From the human T2T-CHM13v2.0 reference genome, Homo sapiens, in NCBI RefSeq assembly GCF_009914755.1, contig NC_060947.1: a stretch of DNA of 64,000 nt. One strand, written 5' to 3'. Numbering within the stretch: the first letter of the stretch is position 1; each line of letters begins with the position of its first letter. Shown here in pieces: positions 27,874 to 41,000 of this stretch. Position numbers and translations under genes: made by a program. The notes beneath the pieces were generated by a model. It ran no database searches, was not told where the DNA came from, and saw only the letters and a program-made list of their open reading frames with translations.

Positions 27874-28524
27874 GCACTTCCCGTGGCTGGTGGTGTTTTC
27901 CATTTCCTCAGTTTTGGTGGGCTTTCTCTAAACTTTTTTTTTCATCGAATATAGGCATTGCCTTGACTTTTCTCTCATGGAAACTCACTAGTTGCTGTTT
28001 GCATTAACTTAGGAAATCGCACCTTAATTTTTCCCTGTGGTATTCATCCACACTCTTGTCCCACTTCCAATAAAATTCTTTATTTGGCTGTTGATCTACC
28101 ATTTTCCAAAACTTCCTGTTCTTAAAATGCCTAGCTTGAAAGCCCTAAGCCTTCTGGCTTATTCCCATCCTTTGGAAGGAGAAAGGTAACTGGTATTTGT
28201 GGAGCATGCTTCCTATAGCAAAGCATTCTGCTAGGTCTCCCATACTCCTCTCACCTCCTACTCCTCTAAAGCCAGTGTGATACCCTCAGCCATTCTGGGT
28301 TTTCTTGTAATCTTCTCATGTTCAGCTCTCTGCTCTTGACATTAGTGCTTTGCTGGAAAGAGGGATCCTAGGGGTCAACACAGTGCTTTTTACTCAGGTT
28401 TTTAGATATAAAATGTTAAATAAACCTATAATAATTGAGCTGAAGGGACTCGATACTATTCAGAAATTGATTTGGTTAATTCAATCTTCTAAGTAAGTAT
28501 GCACAATTAAGATATTGTAAAACG

Positions 28525-29894
28525 GTCCTGAATGGTATTGCCTAGGTTTTCTTCTAGGGTTTTTATGGTTTTAGGTCTCACATTTAAGTCTTTAATCTAT
28601 CTTGAGTTAATTTTTTCTATAAGGTATAAGGAAGGGGTCCGGTTTCATTTTTCTGCATATGGCAAGCCAGTTTTCCCAACACCGCTTATTACATTGGGAA
28701 TCCTTTCCCTGTTGCTTGTTTTTGACAGGTTTGTCAAAGATCAGATGGTTGTAGATGTGTGGCTTTATTTCTGAGGCCTCTGTTCTGTTCCATTGGTCTA
28801 TATATCTGTTTTGGTACCAGTAGCAGCTGTTTTGGTTATTCTATCCTTGTAGTATAGTTTGAAGTCAGGTAGCATGTTGCCTCCAGCTTTGTTCTTTTTG
28901 CTCAGGGTTGTCTTGGCTATATGGGCTCTTTTTTGGTTCCATATGAAATTTAAAGTAGTTTTTTCTAATTCTGTGAAGAAAGTCACTGGTAGCTTGATGG
29001 GGATAGCATTGAATCTATAAATTATTTTGGGCAGTATGGCCATTTGCATATTGATCCTTCCTATCCATGAGCATGGAATGTTTTTCCATTTGTTTCTGTC
29101 CTCTCTTATTTCCTTGAGCAGTGGTTTGTAGTTCTCCGTGAAGAGATCCTTCACATCCCTTGTACGTTGTATTCCTAGGCATTTTATTCTCTTTGTAGCA
29201 ATTGCAAATGGGAGTTCACTTATGATTGAGTGAGTTTCTTAATCCTGAGTTCTAATTTGATTGCACTGTGGTCTGAGAAACTGTTATGATTTCTGTTCTT
29301 TTGCATTTGCTGAGGAGTGTTTTACTTCCAATTATGTGGTCAGTTTTAAGTGCAATGTGGTGCTGAGAAAATGTATATTCTGTTGATTTGGGGTGGAGAG
29401 TTCTGTAGATGTCTATTAGGTCCACTTGGTCCAGAGCTGAGTTCAAGTCCTGAATATCCTTGTTAATTTTCTGTCTTGTTGATTTGTCTAATATGGAAAG
29501 TGGGGTGTTAAAGTCTCCCGTTATTATTGTGTGGGAATCTAAGTCTCTTTGTAGGTCCCTAAGAACTTGATTTATGAATCTGGGTGCTCCTGTTTGGGGT
29601 GCATATATATTTAGGGTATTTAGCTCTTCTTGTTGAATTGATCCCTTTACCATTTTTTAATGCCTTTCTTTGTCTTTTTTGATCTTTGTTGGTTTAAAGT
29701 CTGTTTTATCAGAGACTAGGATTGCAATCCCTGTTTTTTTTTCCTTTTTATTTGCTTGGTAAATATTCCTCCATCCCTTTGTTTTGAGCCTATGTGTGCC
29801 TTTGCACGTGAGACTGGTCTCCTGAATACAGCATACTGATGGGTCTTGACTCTGTATTCAATTTGCCTGTCTCTGTCTGTTAATTGGGCCATTT
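28525..29894 (-). mobile_element. L1PA (about L1PA7/8) ORF2 segments with RT deleted and no 3' end
   Basis: Frames [13 protein letters not shown]...FNAIPIKLP and EN motif IITGDFNTPLS; junction near 29227. Confidence 0.92.
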
Positions 29895-30520
29895 TGGTGT
29901 ACCTGAAAGTGACAGGGATAATGGAACCAAGTTGGAAAACACTTTTAACAGGAGAACTTCCCCAACCTAGCAAGACAGGCCAACATTCAAATTCAGGAAA
30001 TACAGAGAAGACCACAAAGATAGGCCTCGAGAAGAGCAACCCCAAGACACGTAATTGTCAAATTCACCAAGGTTGAAATGAAGGAAAAAATATTAAGCAT
30101 AGCCAGAGACAAAGGTCAGGTTACCCACAAATGGAAGCCCATCAGACTAACAGTGGATCTCTCTGCAGAAACCCTACAAGCCAGAAGAGAGTGGGGGCCA
30201 ATATTCAACATTCTTACAAAATTTTCAACCCAGAATTTCATATCCAGCCAAGCTAAGCTTCATAAGCGAAGGAGAAATAATATCCTTTACAGACAAGCAA
30301 ATGCTGAGATATTTTTTCACCACTAGGCCTGCCTTACAGGAGCTCCTGAAGGAAGCACTAAACATGGAAAGGAAAAACTGGTACCAGCCACTGCAAAAAC
30401 ATACCAAATTGTAAAGACCATCGACACTATGAAGAAACTGCATCAACTAACGGGCAAAATCACCAGCTAGCGTCATAATGACGGGATCATATACGCACAT
30501 AATAATATTAACCTTAAATG
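29895..30520 (+). mobile_element. Inverted 5' segment of the same L1PA (ORF1 C-terminus and ORF2 start)
   Basis: Frame MKEKILSIARDKGQVTHK..PIRLTVDLSAETLQARREWGPIF. Confidence 0.92.
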
Positions 30521-32697
30521 GGACACTTGACTTTTTAAAAATTCTACAATTATTCCATTTTACTACACTGGCTGCTCAGACAGGAATATTTTTATCACTT
30601 AGCATTTGTTGAATATCTTCCTATGTGTGAATTACCGGGCAACATGCCAAACGAAAGATAAGTCGATAAGTTACACCTGGGTTGATGGCAGGTAGAGAAT
30701 ACAGAGGAGAAAAGCTGTTCAGTTGTTCAATGTGTGAGTGCACTTCTGCTTGCATAGGCAAAATATATAAATGTCTGTAGTCACAGCCAGCCTAAACAGG
30801 CTGACTCCAAAAGAGGTTATTACACTGTCATTTAAAATTAAAATTTAATAAGTTATATTCAACATTAGTTGAAAACATTCATAAATTTAATGAATCATCT
30901 AATTAAATATTGTATATGGAAGAGCATGGAGAAGATTGAGAGAAAACTTTAAGAGAGTTATTTTTATGTTTAAATGTAATTAGTAAGTAATGTTTTAAAA
31001 ACAAAACCCTCTCAAATTTTATGAAGCCTTTTTTCTAAACCAGAAAATGTTCTTTCATAAACCATCCCTCGTTTTCAGGAATTACATGTTTATTTTTGCT
31101 TTTGGTTGTAAGTACTCAGCTAAATTACAATTTACACCAGTCTCCTTTTTGTCAGTCTAAGCAAGCCCAATTTCATGCAGAATGATTATACATCTATATT
31201 GTCAATTACTCTGTTGTGTTACGATGCCAAAATTCCTCTAGGTTAGAAGATGCTATCATGAGAAAAAAACTGCATCTTTGTTATCAGGACGTGACACCTG
31301 GTTTCATTTGTAATTTCTCTTAATATTCTTTTTGATATTGTGTGGTAAACTTACCTTTTGCCCCTTTTGGGGATCTAATAATGAGATCCCCAAGTTGATA
31401 TGTCAGCTAGCTTTCAGTTCGATATTTAACGTGAAGTAGAAAAGTCAATTTGAAATTTGACAGGTAATTTGCTGTACAAGTTCATGAAGCACAAGTTTGG
31501 AAGTACATCATCTATAGCAGCCTGGATTTGAAATACAGCTCCTTACCCTCCACTTAAAGAGCCTCTAGTTAATTTGTAATTTTGGTAACCATAGAACATC
31601 AAACACCATCTTTCCAAGTAGCATGCAAACTGTGGCACAAACAATTAAATAGCCCCAAGTGCTTGAGAGAGTTAATTTAGTTCAAATGAAAGAGCTTCAT
31701 ATTTCCAAAGGCAGAAATGAAGGGTTTAGCTGTATAGGAATATTTTTTATTTATTCAGCTAGGTGGTGATGTGTATACAAGTCATTACTGAATTATTCTT
31801 TTCATCAGTTTTGTATTCCTTAACTAACAAATCCATCTCCTTGAGATTAATGAATATAGTAATTTCTTGTAAAAATAATAAGTTGAATTCAGTAACATAA
31901 CAAATCCAGGCAACGAAAACATACTATCCACATGCTTTCATCCAGGATTTGTCATTATCCCCAACATTCTCAAAGAGTGAAGTATTTATTTAGGTCCACA
32001 GAATTTTGCTTATTAAACAAGGTTAGCTCACTTTCCTTCCTGTACTAGCCTGAGGCTACAACTATATTCCACTCATTTTCTTACACTGCTTAACATATAT
32101 CAACCGGTCAAGGGTAAACTTTCGTTGTCCTCTAATTCAGCTATTCCTCAGTTTCTTCTAAATTGTGCGAGCAGCTGTGTTATTCCTAAGGGGTAAAAAC
32201 ATGTTAAAGATGAAACATTACTTTGGAAGATGCGAATAATGGCCTGAAATATAGCATAGAAAAGTCTTGTACTCATTCTAAGTCTGACGAAGAAAATCAC
32301 TGGACTTTCTTTCCCTTTCCAGAGCAAAATGTGGCCCTGAAAAACTAAAGGAATAAAAGAGAGGGAAATAATTCATCCAGCTCTGTGTAACCGGAAATAG
32401 GAAAAGAACCATAGAAGAAAATCTGATTAATAAGAACTCTCAATAAAGAATTTCAAGGTTGCACAAAACTGGAGATGCTGCTCTTAGTCAAATATATGTC
32501 AACTTTTGTATGTAATAATGTATAGTAAACTAAAATGTATTTATTCATATAGATTTTGATTTGATTACAACTCAAAACAGAAAAAATACCCTATTGCTTC
32601 ATAATCATGCCTATATAGAAATAAAAATACTGAAGCATTATTTGCTGGTAGATGTACAGAGGTTAGAATATGGGAATATATAAAGTAGTTAACTTGC

Positions 32698-33032
<335 letters not shown>

Positions 33033-33693
33033 TAAAGTTGTTAACTTGCACTAATTAGGCTCACACATGAATATCTATTCGACTTTCAGAAACTTGCAGG
33101 TTCAGAGGACAAAGGCATAAGTGTCAATTAATAAATGTGAAATGTGACAACATATTTCAAAGAACTTTATAAATGTAAATTGCTATAGAAATGCAATTTG
33201 TTACTATTGATTTGTATTTAGCATGTGGTAAATCAATTTATGAAACATCAAATAAGCATACATTTATATTCATATGTATGTATACATGCACATACACACA
33301 CACATAAATACATGTATTTTTTTCTGAGATACAAAATAAACTGCTAATATTTGAGAAAAATGCTCATGAAAAAATCTGTGTGCCCTAAAAATGCAGCATA
33401 GTCTGTAAGGGCAGAGAAGAATATGGGATAGGGGAGAGCATAGAAAAGGCTTTAATTATATGGTAATATTTATTTCTTCAGCTAGGTGGAATGTACACAG
33501 ATAATTACTGTATTATTTCTTTGATAAGTTTGTCATTTTTTTAAACAAATAGATACAATTATTTTAAAGATAAAGAATAATCTATTTTAAATGTTTGTAG
33601 ATATTTGTGAGAGAGAAAAAAACTAAAAAAGAAAACATGTAACTGCTGCTCAACTACAGAACAAAATATGCACATATACTTTTACATATGCAT

Positions 33694-33694
<1 letters not shown>

Positions 33695-33731
<37 letters not shown>
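33695..33731. repeat. (CA)n microsatellite
   Basis: Direct reading. Confidence 0.97.
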
Positions 33732-33735
<4 letters not shown>

Positions 33736-34419
33736 GCATGGTCTAATGAGATTAGAAACTTTGAAATTCTGTTTATAGCTCTACCACAACTGAGATACTT
33801 GATCTTATACAAATCACCTCACTTCACTGAAGTCCATTCACTTGCCTGAAGGAGAGATTTTTTAATACCTAGAGAAGCCACTGTGAGTATAGTATAATGT
33901 AGGCAAAAGCAATTTATAGATTGAAAACCACTATACCATAGTCAAATGTTATGAATTAGTAGTAAGTGCAATATGTGTTGAGGTGAGGATGAAAATCCTG
34001 CTTGCCTATTCAGTCACTATGTTGAATACCTTTGTAGCCTGAAATCGAATTAGAAGTTGCATACATACGCACATAAGGAAAAAAATATTTCTTGTTTGAA
34101 ATGGTTTTATCTTTCAAGATAATGCCTTCTACGAGTGTGGGTAGAAGAGTGGACAGAACAGTGATTACCTGTGTTTAAGAATGGCGTATGAGGGTATATG
34201 CTACCTAAATCAGATGCCAAAGTCAGACTGGAGGGAGGCAGGACTCAATCTATAGATCACATATTTTACTAAATTTGATTAAATTCTCAACTTATATTTT
34301 CTCATATTTTATGCACATTTCTAATCTTTAAAGTATGCAAGGGTCTTATATTGTGCATTTTAGAGATGCAGAGATGAGTTCAGGAAAAAACAAGTATAAT
34401 GCCAAGATGAGGAACAGCT

Positions 34420-35265
34420 ACGACCTCCCCAATTTAGGCCACCAGCACTTCTCACACAGCATAGTGCAATAGCCTTCCAACCCCTCTCCCTGCTTTTGTC
34501 TTTTCCCTACTATTTTCTACACAGTGGCCAGAAAGATTTATCTAACGTAGTGTTTCTTAAAGTATGTTCCTCACCCATCAACATCAAAGTCACCTGACAT
34601 ACCTTATTAAATAGTGCAGATTATCAAACCCCACCTCAGATCATCTGTTTTCATAGGTCTGAGGTTGAATCTAAGAATAAGTGTTTTAGTGATACCCTAG
34701 GTGACTTCGATATCACTGACATTTAAAACAACTAAGTCAGGAGGTGTATCACAATGCCACTCCTCTGCTCAAAACCTTCCAACTGGCTTCCACTCTCACT
34801 CTTGAAAGGCCAAAAGAGACATCATGATTTACAAGGCTCTTCTTGACTTATCTGACTCCATCTTTTACCAAACAACACTCTACCTTGCTTACCGCCTCAA
34901 CCATTGTGGCCTTTTTGCTCTTCTTAAACTGCTCCTGCCATGGTGCCTTTGCACTTACTTTCTGCTATGTTGGGAACGTTGCTTTTCTTCTATGTTCTGA
35001 AGCTCATCCCTTCGCTCTTTTCAGGTCCTGGATCAAAGGTCACTTCATCTCAGAGAGGCCTTCCTTGACCATCCAATATTGACTAGAATCCCCTTCCCTG
35101 TCTTTATTTGTATTCATATAAAGTACCATAACATGACATATACTTGTTTGTCTTCTCTCACTTCAATTCAGGCTCTGTGACAGAAGAAATATGTCCTGTT
35201 TGTTATCCACATTGCCTAGGGCAGTGTTTAGTGCCTAGCAGGCTACTAAGAAACATTTGTGAAGG
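34420..35265 (+). mobile_element. L2a 3' region interrupted by MER5A at about 34548-34735
   Basis: cctctgctcaaaaccttcca...cagagaggccttccttgacca...agtgcctagca. Confidence 0.8.
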
Positions 35266-35299
35266 TAATTAAAAAACCTGAAACTTTACTCTTTCATCT

Positions 35300-35635
35300 G
35301 TTTCCTGCTCCTTGCATGCTCTCTCGCTGCTTTTTCTTTCTTTCTTGTAATCTCCTTCCTCTTGTTCTCTCTCACTATCCAGTATTCTTCCTTCATCCTG
35401 CATTCTCCTTCCTTTCTTTAGATATCCTACCCTTCTATTTCCTCTGGTATGCACTCTTCCTCAATTCCAAGCCTTTCTCTATCATGCTCTCTCCTTCTTT
35501 CCCCTCCTCTTGTATTATCCATCTACCACGCAATCTCTCTCTTCTCTTTCATTCTTGCAATCTCCCTCCTTTCATGCTCTGTCTGAATTTTTTAATTTCC
35601 TCCTCCCTCCCTCCCACCAGTATTCTCTCTCCATC
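35300..35635. repeat. Pyrimidine-rich (CT) low-complexity tract
   Basis: About 330 bp strongly dominated by C/T on the + strand. Confidence 0.85.
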
Positions 35636-35636
35636 G

Positions 35637-35846
35637 TAGTTGATCTCAGCCTCGGTGTTTCTGCCTCCCACCCCTGTCTGGAGACATTTCTGATTTTCAC
35701 AACTAGGAAGAGTACTGTTACTTATATCAATTGGATCAAAACTAGAGATTCTGCTCTGTATCGTACAATGTGTGTTAAGTCACTCCCCCACAGCAAAGAA
35801 AAATCTGGAGCAAAATGTGAAGAGTGCTGAATTTAAGACACCCTGA
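35637..35846 (+). mobile_element. MER20
   Basis: tgtctggagacattt...cacaact...cccacagcaaagaa...aaaatgtgaagagtgctga. Confidence 0.75.
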
Positions 35847-37781
35847 TTTTCAGATTACCACACCACGCTAAACTTTTCTGACTCCACACATTTATATATA
35901 CATATATATATATATAGTGAATATATATATATATACACACATATATATTCACTAAAAGCTAATTTTTAAGCTCTGAAAGTTGTGAGAAGTTTGAGCATAT
36001 TAACCCTTATAGATTTCAAAGTCAGGTCAATTTGCAAGCAGTATGAAAATGAGCATCGTAAAGCCTGTCATCTTAGAATATAAAAAAAAATAAGAAAAAT
36101 ACTTTTAACATATCAATTTGATTTTTATCCCAAACCAATCAGCATTGTCAAAATCCTAAAGTCAGACCAAGAATTTTGATTCTTGAATTTGTAGATTTTG
36201 TAGGTTATGATATACTTAAGAATTGTTAAAACTCTAGATGCTGTGAAAAATTTCAGCATATTGACTTCAAAGTTTTCAAGCTGAGCCCAATTTGCAATTT
36301 TAGTATCAAGTATTCTCACGATTAGACATGAACTCACTAAAGAAATACATTACGGATATATCTAATCACAGGTCACAAATAAACAAACTTTTAGGTCAAA
36401 AAGCAATGTTTTCTGCTGAAGGCATTTTAAAAGAGTGTTATCTCTTATCTTTTTGATTTTAATATCTTTAAGAGCCTCAGAAAAATTTTAACCTTTATGA
36501 AGAACCTGAGGTTTTCAGGATAGTAAGAAATTCTCACCATTTTATATAAAATAAATGTCAAGTTGGATAAGGACATATCTCGTTGGTTTTTACCATTTAT
36601 CCTAATCAATTTAATATCACTTCCAGCATGTCACAGCACTGCATAAACAATATGGTAATTGGAATTCCTCTGCTCCTTGAATTAGTAAGCAAATTACAGT
36701 GCATATCAATCATGCATAATGAGTCTGAAGCATGGCTTGATTACATTTCATTTGCATAAGAATTTTCTCTAATTTTTAAAAACTGATCATTTTTAATTCC
36801 GAATAGATTTAAATGCCACATAACTGCTGCTCTCCTCTTGAAATGCAAAGCGACGTTCTTACATAATACAAAAATGCTAATCAAATTTTTAAAGCAGAAC
36901 CTGGCTTGTTAATGAATTTTCACCTTTCTACAAGCTGTCAAATCTCATTACATTGTCACCTTTTTGGGTTCACAATTGGAATGCACCTTGATGTGGCTCA
37001 ATTCTAATTGTAACATTATGTTGCTACACTTACAAGGGAAACATCTTTTAAATAATTCTTGGATTGTTCAATTTGGAGGGTAACTTCCTCTCTTTGCATC
37101 CTGTAGCTTGTAAAACCCCTACTGTTTACATAAATATTGACGCAAACATAGTCTCTGATAAGCCAAAAGTCTAAAGCATAAAAATGAAACAAACAGGAAA
37201 CAGCAGACAAATAAATATAGATTTTGGAGTTAAATTATAATGATGTAGGATGGAGTAATAAAAACAGCTTATTAAATATAACTATTTAGAAATATAACTC
37301 ATTAGGGAGATGTATTAAAATAATTACTCATAAAATATTTCAGAAGATAGCCAATTTTTTGATTTTCATATGTGTATTTCCTACAGTAGTCAACAATTTT
37401 AAAGGTGAAAAAGATTTTAAAGATTTTAACATGTGAAAGATACTTAAATCTTTTAAAAGAACATTTCTAAGAGTAGACCTTAGAAATCAAGAAAAGGTGT
37501 AGGACAAGTGACTTATTTTTAAAACATACCATGTGCTATGTAAATTTTTTAATGTTTAGTGGGATAAAAGGAATCAGTTATATGAGAGAAGCCAGCAACT
37601 AGTGAAAAAAAAAGTGAATTTAGTTGCACAATAAACTCTCAGATGCAAGTCTCTAAGAAAACCCACGTACTAGTACATTGGTTAGAAATAGCAGTTCCTA
37701 ATACATCTGATTACCACATATTAAATTTTCTATTCTTTGCAAGGAAAAAACATATATTGTCAATTATGATAACTTGTTCTT

Positions 37782-38028
37782 AAATTTTAATTTCTAGCTT
37801 TTATGAGTAAATAGTAAGTGTACATATTTATAGGTTACATGAGATATTTTGATACAGGTGTGCAATGTGCAATACGTGATAATCACATCAAGGTAAATGA
37901 AGTATCTTGCATTTATCCTATGTATTACTAACAATCCAATTCTACTCTTTTAGTTATTTCAAACTGTACTATCAAGTTATTTTTGACTATAGTCACCCCG
38001 TTGTGCCAGCAATACTAGGTCTTATTCA
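37782..38028 (-). mobile_element. L1MA 3' end fragment
   Basis: tacatgagatattttgatacagg...aataccaattctactc-like motif and gactatagtcaccc. Confidence 0.85.
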
Positions 38029-41000
38029 CAGTAAATTTTATTCCTCTAGAGGAACTGAAAAACTTCCATGGAGAAAAATCAGCATGGTAAAAGATTTTAC
38101 TGAATCATTGTGAGGCATGCTTCCATCAGTAAATTCCTGGTTTAGAAGCTATCATGGAGGGAGGTGGAGCAAAATGGCAGAAGGGAAAGCTCCACCAATC
38201 ACCCCACCCCCCCTAAAAAAATCACCAAGTTGACAACTATCTACATAGGAAAAAACACTTCCATGAGAACCAAAAATCAGGTGAGCACCCACAGTACCTG
38301 GTTTTAACTGCATATGTCTAAAAGAGGCACTGAAGAGATAGATAGAAACAGTCCTGAATCACCAATACTGCCCCTCCCCCACACCCAGCAGCCACAGCAT
38401 GGTGCTGAGAGCATCTCTAGGCACTGGGGTAGAAAGAACACAGCAATTGTGAGGTTACAAACTCAGTGTTGTCCTGTTAGAGCAGAAAGGAAAACCAGAA
38501 CAAACAGCTGAGGCCCATCCACAGATGGAGCATTTAAAGAGGTTTCAGCCAGAGGAGTTCACCCATCCCCGGGGCCCCAACTAGGGTGAGAGCACACATC
38601 GCCACGAAGGGCCCAAGTTGTTCTTGGTCTCTAAGTAAACTCGAAAGGCAGCCTAGACAATAAGGACTGGAACTAGTAGGCGAGTCCTAGGGCTGAACTA
38701 GACCCAGTGGCCTGGGATAGAGGTTGCAGCAAATTACATAATGACAAACCAGCTGGGGCAGCCAAGAGAATGCTGGCATCACTCCTCCCCCAACCCCATA
38801 CTGCACAGCTCATGGCTCCAAAAGAGACCACTGTCATCTGTCTGAGGAGTAAAGAGGGAAGAGTGGGAAGTCTTTTGTTTTTTGGTTTTGGTTTTGTTTT
38901 GTTTTGTTTTGCATTTTGGACAACAGCCAGCCACAGCAGAATAGGGAACTGGTCAGATAAAAGAGGCCCCTGTTCCAGGCCCTAGCTCCCAGACAACATT
39001 CCTAGACACACCCTGGGCCAAGAAAAGACTCACTTCCTTGAAGAAAAGAACGTAGTGCTGGAAGCATTCATCACCTGCGAACTGAAGAGCCTTGTGGTAC
39101 AGAATAATGGTCAGTGATACCCAGGTACTATATCAAGGGCCTTGGTGAGCTTCTGAGATTTGCTGGCTTCAGGTGAGACTCGGCACAATACCGGCTGTGG
39201 TGTCTATGGGACAAAACTTGTGCTTGAGCAAAGAAGGAAAAGTAAAGAAGACTTTTTCTTGCACCTGAGGTACCAACACCGCCAGAGGGGTTATAGTACT
39301 AAGCAGGCTCTTGGGGTCCCCGATTCCAGGGCTTAACTATGGATGGTATTCTGGACCTACATTTGGCAAGAAGGGATCCCACTGTACTAAAGGGTGAGTC
39401 CCAGGCCAAGTAGCATTCACCTCAAGCTGACTTAAGAGACTTTAGGCCTTAAAGGAACATTGGTGTAGTCTGGTAGTACTCCTCATGGTCAAAGGTGGCA
39501 GTGGCTATGGGGTAAAACTCCTGTGCCTTTGAAAAGGGGGAGAATGAATGGGAAAAACTGCATCCGGTGATGAGTGCCAGTTCAGCTGCAATACCAGAGA
39601 ATACCAGGTAGACTTCTAAGGTTTTTGACTCTACTCTCTGTCTCCCAGATGTAACTTCTGGACCCACCCAAGGCCTGGGAGAACTCATCACCCTGATGGG
39701 AGGAACACATGTCTGGCTGGATTTGCTACCCACTGACTGAAGAGCCCCAGGGCCTTGAGCAAACATATGGAGTAGTGAGGGAGTGGTTACAGCACAACTT
39801 GGGTTAGACTCAGTGCTGTGCTTGTTTCAGATCTTGCCCAGCACAGTCGCAGTGGTCGTTGGCAACAGGGGTACTTGATTACTCCACCCTCAGCCTTAGG
39901 TGGCTCAGAACAGAAAAAAGGACTATATTTGTGAGAAAGTAATAAAAGAGAATAAGAAATTCTGCCTGGTAATCCAGAGAATTCTCCCAGATTTTGTCGA
40001 AGACCATCAAAGTGGTATCTTTACGAGTCTGCAAGAACCGCAGGATTTTGGGTGTCCCTTAAAGCAGAAACAGCTTAGATTACAAACTTAAGTCCTTTCA
40101 AATATCTGGAAACCTTCCAAAGAAGGATGGCTACAAAAAAGGCCAGACAGTGAAGACAACAATAATGACCTAACTCTTCAATGCCCAGACAGTGAACAAC
40201 ATCTAATAGCATCTACACCATCCAGGAAAACATAATCTTAACAAATGAACTTAACAAGGCACCAGGGACCAATCCTGGAGAAATAGAGGTATGTGACCTT
40301 TTAGACAGAGAATTCAAAATAACTGTCCTGAGAAAACTCAACAATATTCGAGATAACACATAAAAGAAATTCAAGATTGTATTAGATTAATTTATGAAAG
40401 AGATTAAAATAATGCAAAAGATTCAAGCATAAATTCTGCAAAAAAACAACTGGCATACTGAAGAATGTATCAGAGCTCTTTAACAGCAGAGTGAATCCAG
40501 CAAAAGAAAGAATCAGTGAGCTTGAGGACAGGCTATTTGAAAATACACAGTCAGAGGAGACAAAAGAAAACAAAACAATAACAAACAATGAAGCATGCGT
40601 CCAGGATTTAGAAAACAGCCTCAAAGGGCAAATCTAACAGTTATTGGCCTTAAAAAGGAGGTAGAGAAAGAGACAGAGGTAGAAAGTTTGTTCAAATAAA
40701 TAATAGCAAAGAACTTTCCAAACCTAGAGAAATATGTCAATATCAAAGAAGAAAGTTATAGAACACCAAGCAGATTTAACCCAAAGAAGACTAACTCAAG
40801 GCATTTTATAATCAAACTCAAAGGTCAAGGCAAAGTAAGGATCCTAAAATCAGCAAGAGAAAAGAAACAAATAACATACAATTAAGCTCCAATACGTCTC
40901 GCAGAAGAATTTTAAGTGGGAACCTTACAGGCTAAGAGAGAGTGGCATATCAAATTTGAAGTGCTGAAGAAAAAAAATGATTACCTTGGAATAGTATATC

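Noticed and set aside
28798-30326. Long ORFs (118, 133 and 82 aa) resembling RT-associated, endonuclease and RNA-binding proteins
   Set aside because: Fragments of decayed L1 ORF2/ORF1, not a host gene or novel system
35259-35639. 126-aa hydrophobic ORF
   Set aside because: Artefact of the CT-rich low-complexity tract
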